Shown one piece after another: positions 13,368-42,087 of a stretch of 64,000 nt of DNA. Under the pieces are notes generated by a model. It was not told the origin of the DNA, searched no databases, and worked only from the letters and a program-made list of their open reading frames with translations. Every line of letters starts with the position of its first letter. Position 1 is the stretch's first letter. The DNA comes from Hormiphora californensis (Eukaryota; Animalia; Ctenophora): positions 4,464,001 through 4,528,000 of the forward strand of contig CM035362.1 in assembly GCA_020137815.1 (NCBI GenBank). The letters run 5' to 3'. Made by a program: the position numbers and the translations under genes.

Positions 13368-13373
<6 letters not shown>

Positions 13374-13460
<87 letters not shown>
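13374..13460. repeat. (GA)n microsatellite
   Basis: Pure GA run. Similar GA/CT runs at 24769-25037, 29548-29650, 30776-30930, 32118-32216, 40181-40256, 48925-48972, 49190-49272, 50716-50810, 51301-51372. Confidence 0.95.
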
Positions 13461-13462
<2 letters not shown>

Positions 13463-13565
13463 TTCTATCCGCTTGTATCATTTCATTTTAGAGAACTCTA
13501 GTATAACAGTCTATGTAGCTTCTTTAGTTTGTATGATGTCTCTGGTTGATTCCCCCGTATAAACC

Positions 13566-13805
13566 ATAGTTAATAACAGTTAACTAACAGTGCAACTAAC
13601 AGTTAACTAACAGTGCAACTAACAGTGCAACTAACAGTTAACTAACAGTGCAACTAACAGTTAACTAACAGTGCAACCAACAGTTAACTAACAGTGCAAC
13701 TAACAGTTAACTAACAGTGCAACTAACAGTGCAACTAACAGTGCAACTAACAGTGCAACTAACAGTGCAACTAACAGTTAACTAACAGTGCAACCAACAG
13801 TGCAA
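13566..13805 (+). repeat. 11/12-bp minisatellite (CTAACAGTTAA / CTAACAGTGCAA) ending at the acceptor before an ATG
   Basis: Last unit CAACAG|TGCAATGAGG leads into the ORF MRKGDELLDWGK. Confidence 0.85.
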
Positions 13806-16800
13806 TGAGGAAGGGTGATGAGTTGCTAGACTGGGGAAAATATGACCATGTACCCCCAACTCATTACAACATTTACAGGTAAATAAATCCCCCCTATTTA
13901 TTATTTTAGCTGAAATTTATCTATTGTTCCCCAATAAATCACTGCATTTTCAAACGGAAAGAAACTCATTTTATCTTTTCCAGTGACGTGTTACTTCGAC
14001 CTGAACCCTCTGATTCACGTCTTCAAAAAAGGAGGGCGCTGGCACGGGACTTGGAGGAGAATTCGCCCCCACCTGTACCTTCTAAAACAACCGTGACACT
14101 GAGACCACAACGCGTCGCAGAGTTAAGAGGTAGGTAACAGGAACCGACCGAATCAGGAAATACTGGTCCCTGATTGGCCGATAACCAGTCACGTGACCTA
14201 AATAACGAGTTCTGATTGGCTGTTTACTTGTTTCGGTCGGTTCCTGGTAGGTAATGAGAACCTGTTAGATTCGCCTTCAATAACTAAAGAAGTTAGCCCA
14301 CCATCAATGATCAACTAATGGATATCTGTAGGCTCGGGTAGACTTGATATTTCTTATTTCTTGCTCCCTTTTATGTAAAACATTGAGTATTGACCATTAC
14401 ACAGCCAATCTGGGTGTTTTACAGTAGTTTAGTAATTGGGTTAAAACACCAAGGTGCAGGAATGTGCGTGTGTGTGAGTGTGAGTGTAACTTCAATACAA
14501 TATAGGTATCTCCCCCCCCCATGATATAATCCATTCTACAGCAAAGATATACGGTGGCCCGGTGAAGGATAGAGAGCTCTGTGATTACATTGCAGTATGG
14601 AAGGATGGAAAGGACATGAAACTAACTTTCAGGTAACAACACACTTTACTACACACACACACACTAATTTTTACTTTTAGATACTTTAAACTTACTCTTT
14701 CACAAAATCCCTAGAAGTTATTTATTATTTAATCATCCAGACATTCTGTTACCCCTCCTCCCGTCATATCACCCCTAGCTATAACACTCAGATCGTCCCC
14801 TAGGCCCCTATTCACCTCCCCCAGCCCTCGGGCCTCTCCTACTTACCCTCTCCCTACTTATACTCTCCTCCCCCTAATTCACCCTTTCCTCCCCGTCAGA
14901 TCGCCTCCTAGTTACCCTCTCCCCATCCCCGTTAGGTTCAGACCGCACTTAGTTTTTAATAGTTCCCTCTCCTCCCCCTAGTTACCCCTCCTCCCCGTCA
15001 GATCGCCGGAGCAGCTCGTCTACAATGAAGCAGCAATGATGCGACAATATGATAGAGCCATGGGAGGACACATATCTCACGAGAACGGTGAGAAAATAAA
15101 TCGGTATAAACAGTACCACAAGATTCGCTTTAAATTCTAATAACCCCATTAGTTGTCACATATGGAGACGACCTCCAAGAAGAAGAAGATACGTACCTAT
15201 GTTTATAGTAGAACCCCCTTCTCCTACCCCGAACCCCCTGGACTTCTCCCTAAAACTTATTTGTAAATCTAAAAGTGTACACATGTTTCAGATGTGAATG
15301 GTGTGTTTGATAAGACGACCCAGACAATAAAACCAACACTAACCCGCCGCCGACCTAAACAAGCAAAAACCCTTCACTCCCAACTGTACTTCTACAGGTA
15401 CATGCAGTATCTTGCTGGTGGAGCATTCGTGGGCCTCGTTTAACCGCGCTTCGCACGGGAGTAGTATCTTGCTCGCCCTCTCTCATCTCCCGTCTTTCGT
15501 ATAAGTGGCTCCCTAGTTATTATTGTAAGGCCCCGGTACTAGTACTAGCCATGTATCCCTTGCAGAAGTGGTTAACTGTCCCCCTTTCCCAGATACCTAA
15601 CAGCTCAGCCATACACCTCCCTACCAAAACCGCCCTAGAAACACCCCTGAACTGTCCCCCTTTTTCCAGATACCTATTACCTAACAGCTCAGCCATACAT
15701 CTCCCTACCAAAACCGCCCTAGAAACACCCCTGAACTGTCCCCCTTTTTCCAGATACCTATTACCTAACAGCTCAGCCATACATCTCCCTACCAAAACCG
15801 CCCTAGAAACACCCCTGAACTGTCCCCTTTTTCCAGATACCTATTACCTAACAGCTCAGCCATACACCTCCTTACCAAAACCGCCCTAGAAACACCCCTG
15901 AACTGTACCCCTTTTTCCAGATACCTATTACCTAACAGCTCAGCCATACATCTCCCTACCAAAACCGCCCTAGAAACACCCCTGAACTGTCCCCTTTTTC
16001 CAGATACCTATTACCTAACAGCTCAGCCATACACCTCCTTACCAAAACCGCCCTAGAAACACCCCTGAACTGTACCCCTTTTTACAGACGGCAGACACCT
16101 AACAATATTCATGTAACTCCCAGATACCTAACAATATTCTTGTAACTCCCAGATACCTAACAATATTCTTGTAACTCCCAGATACCTAACAATATTCTTG
16201 TAACTCCCAGATACCTAACAATATTCTTGTAACTCCCAGACACCTAACAATATTCTTGTAACTCCCAGATACCTAACAACATTCTTGTAACTCCCAGACA
16301 CCTAACAATATTCTTGTAACTCCCAGACACCTAACAATATTCTTGTAACTCCCAGATACCTAACAATATTCTTGTAACTCCCAGACACCTAACAATATTC
16401 TTGTAACTCCCAGATACCTAACAATATTCTTGTAACTCCCAGATACCTAACAATATTCTTGTAACTCCCAGACACCTAACAATATTCTTGTAACTCCCAG
16501 ACACCTAACAATATTCTTGTAACTCCCAGACACCTAACAATATTCTTGTAACTCCCAGATACCTAACAATATTCTTGTAACTCCCAGATACCTAACAATA
16601 TTCTTGTAACTCCCAGACACCTAACAATATTCTTGTAACTCCCAGACACCTAACAATATTCTTGTAACTCCCAGACACCTAACAATATTCTTGTAACTCC
16701 CAGACACCTAACAATATTCTTGTAACTCCCAGATACCTAACATCCCAGCGGATATCAGAGATCTCAGAGTGCAGGTACCTGAGGACCAGAGCGGGAACTA

Positions 16801-16940
16801 CTAAACCCGTCCTTGAACCCAAGACAAGGGCCCTGGTTGAAAACAAGACCCTCATTCCAAACCAGCTACCGCCACTGAAACCTCACAAAAGTGGCTCTCT
16901 TAGGAGGCAGCAGATGAAAAACATGTTCAATATGCAGTGA
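13805..16940 (+). CDS. Uncharacterised multi-exon protein
   Basis: In-phase exons 13805-13878, 13984-14129, 14542-14632, 15002-15088, (15153-? optional), 15292-15397, 16733-16940: MRKGDELLDWGKYDHVPPTHYNIY|SDVLLRPE..ELR|AKIYGGPVK..LTF|RSPEQLVYN..|DVNGVFDK..YFY|RYLTSQRISEISECRYLRTR..MFNMQ*. Confidence 0.7.
14138..14246. mobile_element. MITE family B copy, perfect TSD GTAGGTAA = intron +1..+8
   Basis: TSD 14130-14137 and 14247-14254. Confidence 0.9.
15575..16090 (+). repeat. 83/84-bp minisatellite (~6 units), each with a CCCTTTTTCCAG|ATACCT acceptor copy
   Basis: AGs end at 15592, 15669, 15753, 15836, 15920, 16003, 16087. Confidence 0.9.
16092..16741 (+). repeat. 29-bp minisatellite (~22 units) ending in the inferred true acceptor
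   Basis: Unit AATATTCTTGTAACTCCCAG|AYACCTAAC; the final copy opens the last exon at 16733. Confidence 0.92.
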
Positions 16941-17226
16941 TTATTATCGTTATTAATAATTCTGTATAACCTCCCAATTTGAGATATAATGGAGAATTAG
17001 TTTGAAATCAACAGTAAAGTTTACGAGTTTAAGAAGATAACGGATGAATAAATTATGATGTCATTCAAATTATGATGTTATTCAACTGTTCACCCCCAAA
17101 CTTGTGACATTTATCTTTTTTCGTTAATTCGAATCCAAGCCGGACTTTTAGCCATGAAGACGCTCCTGGTTCAGTGTTGAGGGCTATAAGACGCTGACCG
17201 TAACTGTCCATCGATATTCGATGTGA

Positions 17227-17376
17227 AGTCCATTTTTATCCAACTGTTCACCCCTCAACTCGTGTGCGTGCGATATTTTAATTTACGCTGTGCGCGCTAC
17301 ATGTTAACATGTGATAAACGCGCAAAACAATTCCGCGCACGACTTTGGGGGGTGAACAGTTGAAAAAAAATGGAGT
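17227..17376. mobile_element. MITE family D (AGTCCATTTT..AAAATGGACT TIR), degenerate copy
   Basis: Matches 18685-18835 and 54159-54486. Confidence 0.7.
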
Positions 17377-17740
17377 ATATGGATAAGCTTGTAATCTGCT
17401 AGAAACCTGTAACCTGGTTTTGGTGGCTAACTCACACTCAGCAATCTTCTCCGAAACTCAATTGTTACATTTGTTGTCCTACACTGACTGTACACCGCGC
17501 AACCGAGGTGCACAGTCCTACCCCAAACATTGGTTTAGCACGCGCAAAGATGAAACGAGGCGCGTTAAACACGGTTTGAACTCTTCAAAATCATTCATTC
17601 TTGTAAAAAAGAGCTCTCGCGACGTTCCCACGGTCCGTGGGAAAAGCGAGAGACGCGCTCAGACTATAGAGAGAGAAGAGTTGGCGCTGTTAGCACTTGC
17701 TGTGCGCGGCGCGTTGCAGATTCAAGAAGACCCTTTGACG

Positions 17741-17826
17741 TGAGACCCTCCTCGCTACGCGAGGCCGCTACGCGGCCTCACGTAGCCGCACTGGGCCTTC
17801 GGCCCAGTGCGAAGAGGAGGGTCTCA
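17741..17826. repeat. Branched (T/Y-shaped) GC-rich DNA hairpin
   Basis: Stem TGAGACCCTCCTC/GAGGAGGGTCTCA encloses arms GCTACGCGAGGCCGCTACGCGGCCTCACGTAGC and CGCACTGGGCCTTCGGCCCAGTGCG. Confidence 0.8.
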
Positions 17827-18289
17827 TATGAGACAATACATTTGATACCCCGCAAGTTGACTCAATATAGTTAAGAGATAAACGCAAAAACAGAGAAAAA
17901 AAGCTCATGATTAAAAGGGCTCTGTCTAGTCGAGCGACCACTGCATGATTTCTTTAGATTAAATTAAAGATTTCTTTAGAGTTTGGACGGTAAGTGATTG
18001 GCTAACGGTTCAGTGCATAATCTGAAGTGGGTGAAGCATGGTTCGCAGTTTCGACAGGGTTGTCCAAACTCCAATCCTATTCCGCCCATTTCGACCGGGA
18101 GCTTTGCAAATGCTGGCAGCTGAAAACTCAAGAGCCCCAACACCCATTGGCGTCACTATTCAACAGTCGGAGAGACGCTGCATGCAGACTGGAAGCACTT
18201 TTCAAACCGGGGGCCAGCGCTTTTCAATTCACTAACCCCAACACCGATTGGCATCACTTTCCAACAGCCGAAGAGAAGCTACCAAAGAA

Positions 18290-19077
18290 GGAACCATAAT
18301 AAAGTTCAAGAGCCTCCAAGAGCGCACCAAGTCCAAGAGCACACCAGGACCAGGAGAGCACCCCATCCAAAAGAGACCGTGCGCAAGGGATACCACGCGC
18401 AGAAGAGTCCGCACGCGCAAATACAACGCCGCGCTGGTCTCTTCTGCGCATGGTGTCCCCTGCGCGTGGTATCTTCTGGATGGGGAGCTCTCTTTGATGT
18501 GGTGCGCTCTTGGAGTGGTCTCTTCTGGATGTGGTACGCTCTTGGTTGTGGTCTCTTTTGGGTGTGGTGCGCTCTCAGGTGTGGTCTCTCTTCGATAGGG
18601 TGCGCTCTCAGGTGTGGTCTCTCTTCGATGGGGTGCGCTCTTGGGTGCTCTTGGAGGCTCTTGAACTTTATTATGGTTCCTTAAAGTCCATTTTTTTTCA
18701 ACTGTTCACCCAAAAACTGAAATTTAATAAAAATTAGAATTTTGGTGGCGCGCGCTACACGTTAACATGTGATAAACGCGCAAAACAATTCCGCGCACGA
18801 CTTTGGGGGGTGAACAGTTGGAAAAAAAATGGACTTTAAAGTGCGTTTCAAACGACTTGACCTGAGATTCCTGGAAATTCAGGATTTCCCCTTTGTAAAT
18901 ACACGCGCAATGCGCCAAATTCCAAGAATTACGGGTCAAGTCGCTTGAAACGGACTTTAAAGTGCGTTTCAAACGACTTGACCTGAGATTCCTGGAAATT
19001 CAGGATTTCCCCTTTGTAAATACACGCGCAATGCGCCAAATTCCAAGAATTTCGGGTCAAGTCGCTTGAAACGGACT
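18290..19077. mobile_element. Chain of four TTAA-joined MITEs (Kolobok/piggyBac-type target)
   Basis: Foldback GGAACCATAAT..ATTATGGTTCC 18290-18680 |TTAA| family D 18685-18835 |TTAA| family E 18840-18956 |TTAA| family E 18961-19077. Confidence 0.8.
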
Positions 19078-19304
19078 TTAGAGAGAAAAGCATTTTTTTA
19101 AAAAAAGACAATAAAAATTATAATAAACTAGAAAACCCGTTGAAGTAAAGCGTAACTGTGAACTGAATACGACACGGGCATGTACTATAATAATATACCC
19201 ACTATAGAACGCCATGAACACTGCACCCTGAACACTCTGAACACTCTAAACACCCTGAACACCACGAACACTGCACCCTAAACACCCTAAATACTCTATT
19301 TACA

Positions 19305-19827
19305 GATCCGTGAATTAAAGGAGAATGTTGAATACATGTTTGGATACACCCTCTCGTGCCCCGAGGACTCACAGTTCTCTCTTGTATCTCTCTATGCTGA
19401 ATCACCAACTCACAATCTTCTCTTCAAGAAGTTAGTATGGATCGAGTTAGTTACTTATTATATTTTCTCACAAAACTTAGTGGATGAACGGGGAGTTAAT
19501 CAACAAAGAGTAATGCAGTCGGACCCTGATATAACCTCCCCCGCCCCCATATATAGGAAATTAACAGTATTTGACCCTGATTCACTGGGCTCCCTGATTT
19601 AACGAGCTCACGATTATTAAAATTTCAAAATTCCCTACTAAATTAATTTATTAAATTCGTTTTCTTTGGTTTTCGTATTAAATCCCGATATTAATTATGT
19701 TTCTCCTCCAGGTGCGAGGGAGCATTCCAATTGGTGGAGACGAAATACACCAGTTCCATTGACATGCAGGCCCACTTGTCAAAGTTTACACAACACAGAT
19801 CATTGCCACTCTTCCTGTGCGATGTAG
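19305..19827 (+). CDS. Last two exons of an uncharacterised gene (upstream exons not identified)
   Basis: tttacag|IRELKENVEYMFGYTLSCPEDSQFSLVSLYAESPTHNLLFKKLVWIE spliced in phase (GA|gttagt..ctccag|G) to ECEGAFQLVETKY..HSSCAM*; AATAAA ~19888. Confidence 0.55.
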
Positions 19828-21026
19828 CCTCCGATCTGTATCACCGCAGAACCATCATGGACTGATGGATTACTGGAAAGACTCTGGAATAAAGACATTA
19901 TAAAAGAGAACCGAGACAATTTGTCAATCGGTTTGCTTTTGAAAGAGAAGTTGAGACAGACATATCCTAAGTTTTAACCCTGAATTTTATACTTGTTTCA
20001 CATTTATTTACTTGCCCCATTAAATTTATGTTTTTTACTTTTGTGATAAACACAGAAGCGCTCTGATTTCTCGCCCCATTTTGGCCCACTTTGCTCGATA
20101 CATGTCGGGAACGCGCGATGACCACACGCAGTGAGTGAATATTGCGCGCAAACTTGGTACCTTCAGTTCAACCGGACAAATTAAATGTGGCACGCGTCTT
20201 TTTGTAGTTAACGGTGCAAACAACTGCCGCGCGCTCGCGATTTCTTTGCATTTTATTTGGAAACAATTTATTTAAAAAAATTCGCACCTTTTTGAAACTT
20301 TTTGCGTTTCGTGTTGACCATGAATTAATTTATTATATAAGAACTCCGGTCAGTTCTCATCTTGCCAATCCGTTTTCCGGGAACCCCTGGCCAAAGGACA
20401 TTAAAATTCACATAACGACCAAGTTTCATATCGATTGGATAAGATTTTGGGTGGCTACGGTGAAAAATATCGTATTTTTGGCATTTTTAACTTTCCCGAC
20501 GCGATTTACGACCCTTAAACATTGAGTTACGGCAAATCGCTATCATGTAAAATGAAGTTCAAACGATTCTCTTTCCCCACTATTGCGTTAGTTTTTTGAT
20601 TTAGAGCCGTTTTCAGGGTCTTAGAAGCGTTTGAAAAATGTAAGTCTTTTTGTCGCAATGACGTCACCCCGTGACGTCACTGCTGTAAAGATCGGATCAA
20701 AAATCTGAGCCCGTACTTACATCCGCCTTGGTCCAAGGTACCAGTGTACAAATTTTCAGGGGTCTAGCTCAAAAACTGTGGGAGGAGTTTGAAAAACCAA
20801 TTAACGGACAGTCTGACTAACAATTAACATTATGGAATTTATTATATGGATTACCCACACACCTTCATACTCTCATTCTCCCTCTCTCTGCTCACTTATC
20901 TCGAAAATCTACATCTTCCACACTGACTTTTTTTCTAAAAGGGGGTTAAAATGGTATTAGATAACAATATCAATATGAAAATACCGGTCTCCCATGGGGG
21001 AGAAGATTAATAAATTACTGCATTGA

Positions 21027-21776
21027 TTAAAATTGATTAAATTTGGTAGAATTAAAAGTATTATATAATAAGTTAATGTCATTGAGTTCGCTCTTATACT
21101 GCCTCGTTTTGGTCAACTTATTGCCTCTATGCCCTCTCAAGCTAATGACAGTTGTTCTGAGCAGGGTGAAAGACAACCGCTGCCTAATGTAACGGATGGT
21201 GTCAGAGTAAGCCTGGTGCGTTTTGTCAGCAAGCAGCTTGGCAAGGCGCCTGTAGAATTTTTCTGCCTCGTTGCCCAGGGCACCAGTTACTGAAAACACG
21301 AGTGGGCAAAAACAACTCTGTTCAACCTCAAGGACACGTTCGTTATAGCAGCGTTTTTTCTCGTCCTCGTGTCGTTTCAGAGCTGTATCAAGAGGAATGG
21401 CACAGTTTGTAGGAGCCAATGGGTTGAAGATGCGCACATCTGTGTAAATTTTGTCCATGGGAAGCCAAAAATCCCTGGCAGCAACATCAAGGCGAGCATC
21501 ATTTGCAGTGTTAGCTGATTTTAGCCGGAAGGTTTCGCCAGTGATTGGGAGAAGATGGGGTTCCACACTGACTCGGACAATCCTTCTCTTTGTGCCCCGA
21601 AGCGCAACAAGTGTTGATCTTAGCAAACTGAATCGTGTCTTTTCTCGGATGAAGGACACTGTTTCAGCGTAACACTCCTTGTGCTTGTCGCAAATCCTAC
21701 TGGCCGCTTTGTCCAAAACCTTCCCAACCTCTGCAGCGGAAAACGTTAAAATCTGGGTGCCTTCCATTGCTAACAT
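21027..21776 (-). mobile_element. CRE-clade retroelement 3' fragment(s) (REL endonuclease)
   Basis: EPHLLP..ANDARLDVAARDFW..DVRIFNP..RHEDEKKRCY..LSFTLLR, homologous to the C-terminus of 11184-13100. Confidence 0.85.
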
Positions 21777-22662
21777 TTCATCGATTTTGGCGTTCGAGAC
21801 GGGTTAGGGCTGTTGTTAGGGTTGGGTTAGGGTTCTGTTTGGGGTTATCGGTTAGGGCTATCGATTCTCTATCAGATACCGTTTAGTTTACTCAAATCGG
21901 CCATGTGGTTGCGTGGCTATAGCCGTTTGAAAAAAGTCGGTCTAAGTGGTTTCAGGTGTACTTTTTTTGGCAGCGTGCACCTGTAAACACGCTGCAAGGC
22001 ACCCAGATTATAATCGCGCCCCTCTGCAGCGCTTTTCAGAGTTTTTGGTTGGCAAACGTTGCTGGCCCCCGCAGCGCGGGATAAGGCAGCGCTTTTCAAA
22101 GTTTTTGGCAACTTTTGTCGCTGCGAAAAATAAAAATGCCGTATCGCAACGCGCGGCGCAGTCAACAGGGACGCGCAAAACCAAAATTAACGCCGCGCAC
22201 ACCGTTTTTTCGCTTGAAATGCTGTTTTTTCCAAATTCAACCTTTTGAAAAAGGCGACTTTCTGGAACCATTTTTTAAAACTCACCAAAGTCCAAAATAC
22301 TTGATAAGTAGCGAGAGGAAACGTCCAGAAACACAATAGTGAACCATAATAAAGTTCATGAGCGTCCAAGAGCGCACCCCATCCAAAAGAGACCAAAATC
22401 AAGAGCGCACCACAATCAAGAGAGCTCCCCATGCAGAAGATACCAGATGTGGTGCGCTCTTGAATTTGGTCTCTCTTGATTGTGGTGCACTCTTGAGTTG
22501 GTCTCTCTTGATTGTGGTGCGCTCTTGATTTTGGTATTTCTTGGACAGCCGAAAAGGTCGGCCAAATACATCATCAGACATCAGTATTCTATCTTTTAGC
22601 ATTCTAAGCTCGGTCTTTGGTGGTCTCTAATCGTTGACCTTTAATTAGCGGACTCCTAAAAA

Positions 22663-24022
22663 ATGTCGACTTACTTCTCTGCCAACCAGGTACATGCTGA
22701 CACACTTGAGAAATTTTATATTAGAGAGGGCGCCGTTACGATCTGGGTGTTTCGTGGCCTGTTTACAGGTGCACGCTTCCAAAAAGTTGATTGACTAAAA
22801 TGGCTCTAAATGGCTAATTCAAATTTTATTTGGTAGGAAATGTCAAGGCCTAACCCCAACCCAAACCCCGATCCTAACCCTAACCCTACTTTTCAATTCA
22901 AATAATTTGCGCACAAATACACAGGATATTTAAAAAAATAAACCTCCTCATTAGTCATTAATAACACACCAGCTCAGCAACAAACAACATTCATCAAGAT
23001 TGGAATTGATCAGGACGCCACTGCAGGATAGAGTTGTTGTTCGATTGAGATGGATACCCGATAATAGCCCTAACCCTAAAAAACCGTTTGTCAGCACTCA
23101 CGAAACACCCAGATTTTATGGCTAGCCCATTAGAGAGTGCACTGTCACCATTTTTTATTTAAATTTATTATTTATTCACTATTGAGTGGGATAAGTGCAT
23201 AATTTACATTTACACAAGTGAAATGAGCATAATTGTAGAACATCAATCACTGAAGAGTTGCATCCCTCTATCTACATCTATTTGTGTACATTGAACCCCT
23301 CACTGCTTCGGACACCTCCTATCTCCATAAAACCCTCACTGATTCGACCATAAACCCTCTCTTTTTTCAGTATGAGGATGCCTATCGAACAATCAGGCTA
23401 CAGAATTACCAGCTACCTGCTCACACTAGCTCCCATCATACGTTCAAAGAGGTTAGTTGTTTATGTCCAGTGAATAACAATCGTCACTCAACCGGTCCTC
23501 TAGTCTGTCCAGTGAATTGTTTAAAAACGTTTTCCTGTTAACACTTGATCTGAAATTAATCGAAATCGAACAAGATATTATTCCTAGAGGCCTAGTACCC
23601 GTGTTGGTGCTACAAGGATCATCTCTAATGACAGAGGGACATATAATTGAGCCTCTACGGAGATCTCAGGAGTCACCGTGGGGAACTTTCTTAGGAACTT
23701 GGGACATGGAACGAACCAAAACGAGGACGTCACTTGTGAGTTACTCAGTTAGGTACCATTGAGTTATCATTGAGGGCTTACTTCTCAATGAAAAATGAAG
23801 ACTTGTCCCGGGTCTTGATTTAACCTAATAATATGAAAGTCTTGATTTACAATTTACAACAACAAGATTTATATAAATGAGATCATGGACTAACCTCAGG
23901 AGAGGACTAAATCTCCAGTGAAGACGGAGGCCGAAGTACAAACCGGGACACCCCCTAAACTGTCACACACCCCGCCCCGAACTGCGAGCCCTGCTAAATC
24001 ACCTGGTAAACTATTCTACTAA
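22663..24022 (+). CDS. CFAP126: Flattop / cilia- and flagella-associated protein 126 (apparent 1-bp frameshift ~23637)
   Basis: MSTYFSANQ|YEDAYRTIRLQNYQ..|RPSTRVGATRIISNDRG(fs)HIIEPLRRSQESPWGTFLGTWDM matches the Flattop hallmark MATNYSANQYEKAF..IIANDRGHLL..PWGSFMGTW; exons 22663-22689, 23371-23451, 23588-23735, ~23900-24022. Confidence 0.88.
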
Positions 24023-24261
24023 CACTACTTGTTTTGTTCAAACTCATTTTGGGTCGAACAAGGAAAACTACATACTACACCGCACACACACATTAATAAT
24101 AAGTGTTGTTTAAATTGTGAAAATGGGCACTTTAGAAAGACAGGAACTGGGCATATATTTTATTTTTAAATAACGCTCAACGTCACCAAATATTCAAATA
24201 AAATTTAACACATTTTTCAAAGTTCACACACACACAGTTTTAAAGCAAATTCTATAACTCT

Positions 24262-25467
<1,206 letters not shown>

Positions 25468-26397
25468 AATTATGTAAAACTGGATCTAACACACGAATAA
25501 CAGAGGAAAAGGAGATGGGTGGGATAGTGGCCGGTGGTAAAAGTCTCCAGTGGGGCAGTAGTGAGAAGCAGAGAGAGAGGCCGGGGGAACTTGAGGGCGT
25601 GGCGGGAGAGATCTGTGAGATATGACCGTGGGAAAATAAATGCTACATTGGGTTTCCATAATTAATTAATTAATCTTATTTCTGTTTCAGTTGCCGCTGT
25701 TGAGAAAGAGCTGGAACTGTGCTGATGATAGTTCGGCAATTAACGATACACATTTTAACCCATTACCACTACTGGACTGTTTAAAGTATTTACCCCTATT
25801 GATCATTCATTCAACGGACACTTGATACGTTGTATGTCGTGTGTTTCCATGGTTCTTTATTGAATTTATGTAGCTGGTCCCAATGAGAACGAATTTGAAA
25901 GTTGGAACCCTCCCAAGATTCCAAATATGAATATTTCCATTTGTGTGAAAATGATGTGTTATTGTACTGTTTACTGTTTATTGTTATCAAATACAGATAA
26001 GCTTGTGGATACTACACTTTACAATTTAAACAAGTGAAACTAAACGTGTGGCTTGTTCCTAAACTTGGACAAATTAGCGTCCATTTTGAAGAAAAGTCCA
26101 TGTCTGTGGGCGGCGAAGACAACACCATGAAGATAAACGCGCGTTGCCATACCAACGTGGTCAAACGAACGCCGCGCAACGCACGCGCAAAACAATAACG
26201 CGCCGCGCTAACACGGTTGTGAGCTTGAAAATTCAAAAATGTCTGAAATTTAGAAATTGTCAAGTTCGAAAAACTTTTTTACCAGTTTTCTCTTCTTTTC
26301 GTTAAATTCTTCTAAGCGTGGATCTTATACAGATGCTTAGCGGACCAAGTAACTCTCCACGGGAGTCTTTATGTAACGATTAAACCTGGAGAAAGGC

Positions 26398-41499
<15,102 letters not shown>

Positions 41500-41771
41500 G
41501 GGCATACAAAAAACGGTTTTGAATTCTTTTTATACTTTTTTCTGTAAATACTTTTTTATCTTTTTTTAAAGAGCCTGAATTCTGATCTGTGTTTGCTAGG
41601 GGGATCAGTTACTTGATAAAACGGACATTTTTTCACAGGATAGCGAAAATAAATTGAGTTGAAAGAGGAAGTAACATTATTACTCAGATCTCTTTATTTA
41701 GAAGTGTTTTTGAAAGTATTGAATACTGTAAGATGCCATGGTTTGCTAGGAAGGTGAAGGATTTGAGGGTA

Positions 41772-41902
41772 CAGTCGGACCCCGATTTACCGGGATACTC
41801 GGGGGAAAGGGTTTTGCCCGGTATAAATTGGGGTCAAATACTGTTAGTTTCTTATATCGGGGGAAAAGAAGTTTATCCTCCCGGTAAATCGGGGTCCGAC
41901 TG
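41772..41902. mobile_element. MITE family A copy
   Basis: TA-flanked TIRs as above. Confidence 0.88.
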
Positions 41903-42087
41903 TATATTATTGGGAAGCAAAGATATGAATTTTTGTTCGGTACTAAAATAGTAAAATAAGAAGTTGCAAACTCAGTTTAAACCCGTTATATTCTTGTATT
42001 TTTATTTGTTCCATATCGAGATGCTTGTTAGTACAGGCTGGAAAACCTGCTACATAGTACATGCTTGACCCCGCTTTACCGGGAGTC

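Noticed and set aside
16092-16741. CRISPR-like regular 29-bp repeats
   Set aside because: Contiguous units with no unique spacers, no cas genes, eukaryotic intron.
21800-23080. TTAGGG/CCCTAA motifs as an interstitial telomere or fusion site
   Set aside because: Few and degenerate. The surrounding sequence recurs inverted at ~54920-55020, so they belong to an interspersed repeat.
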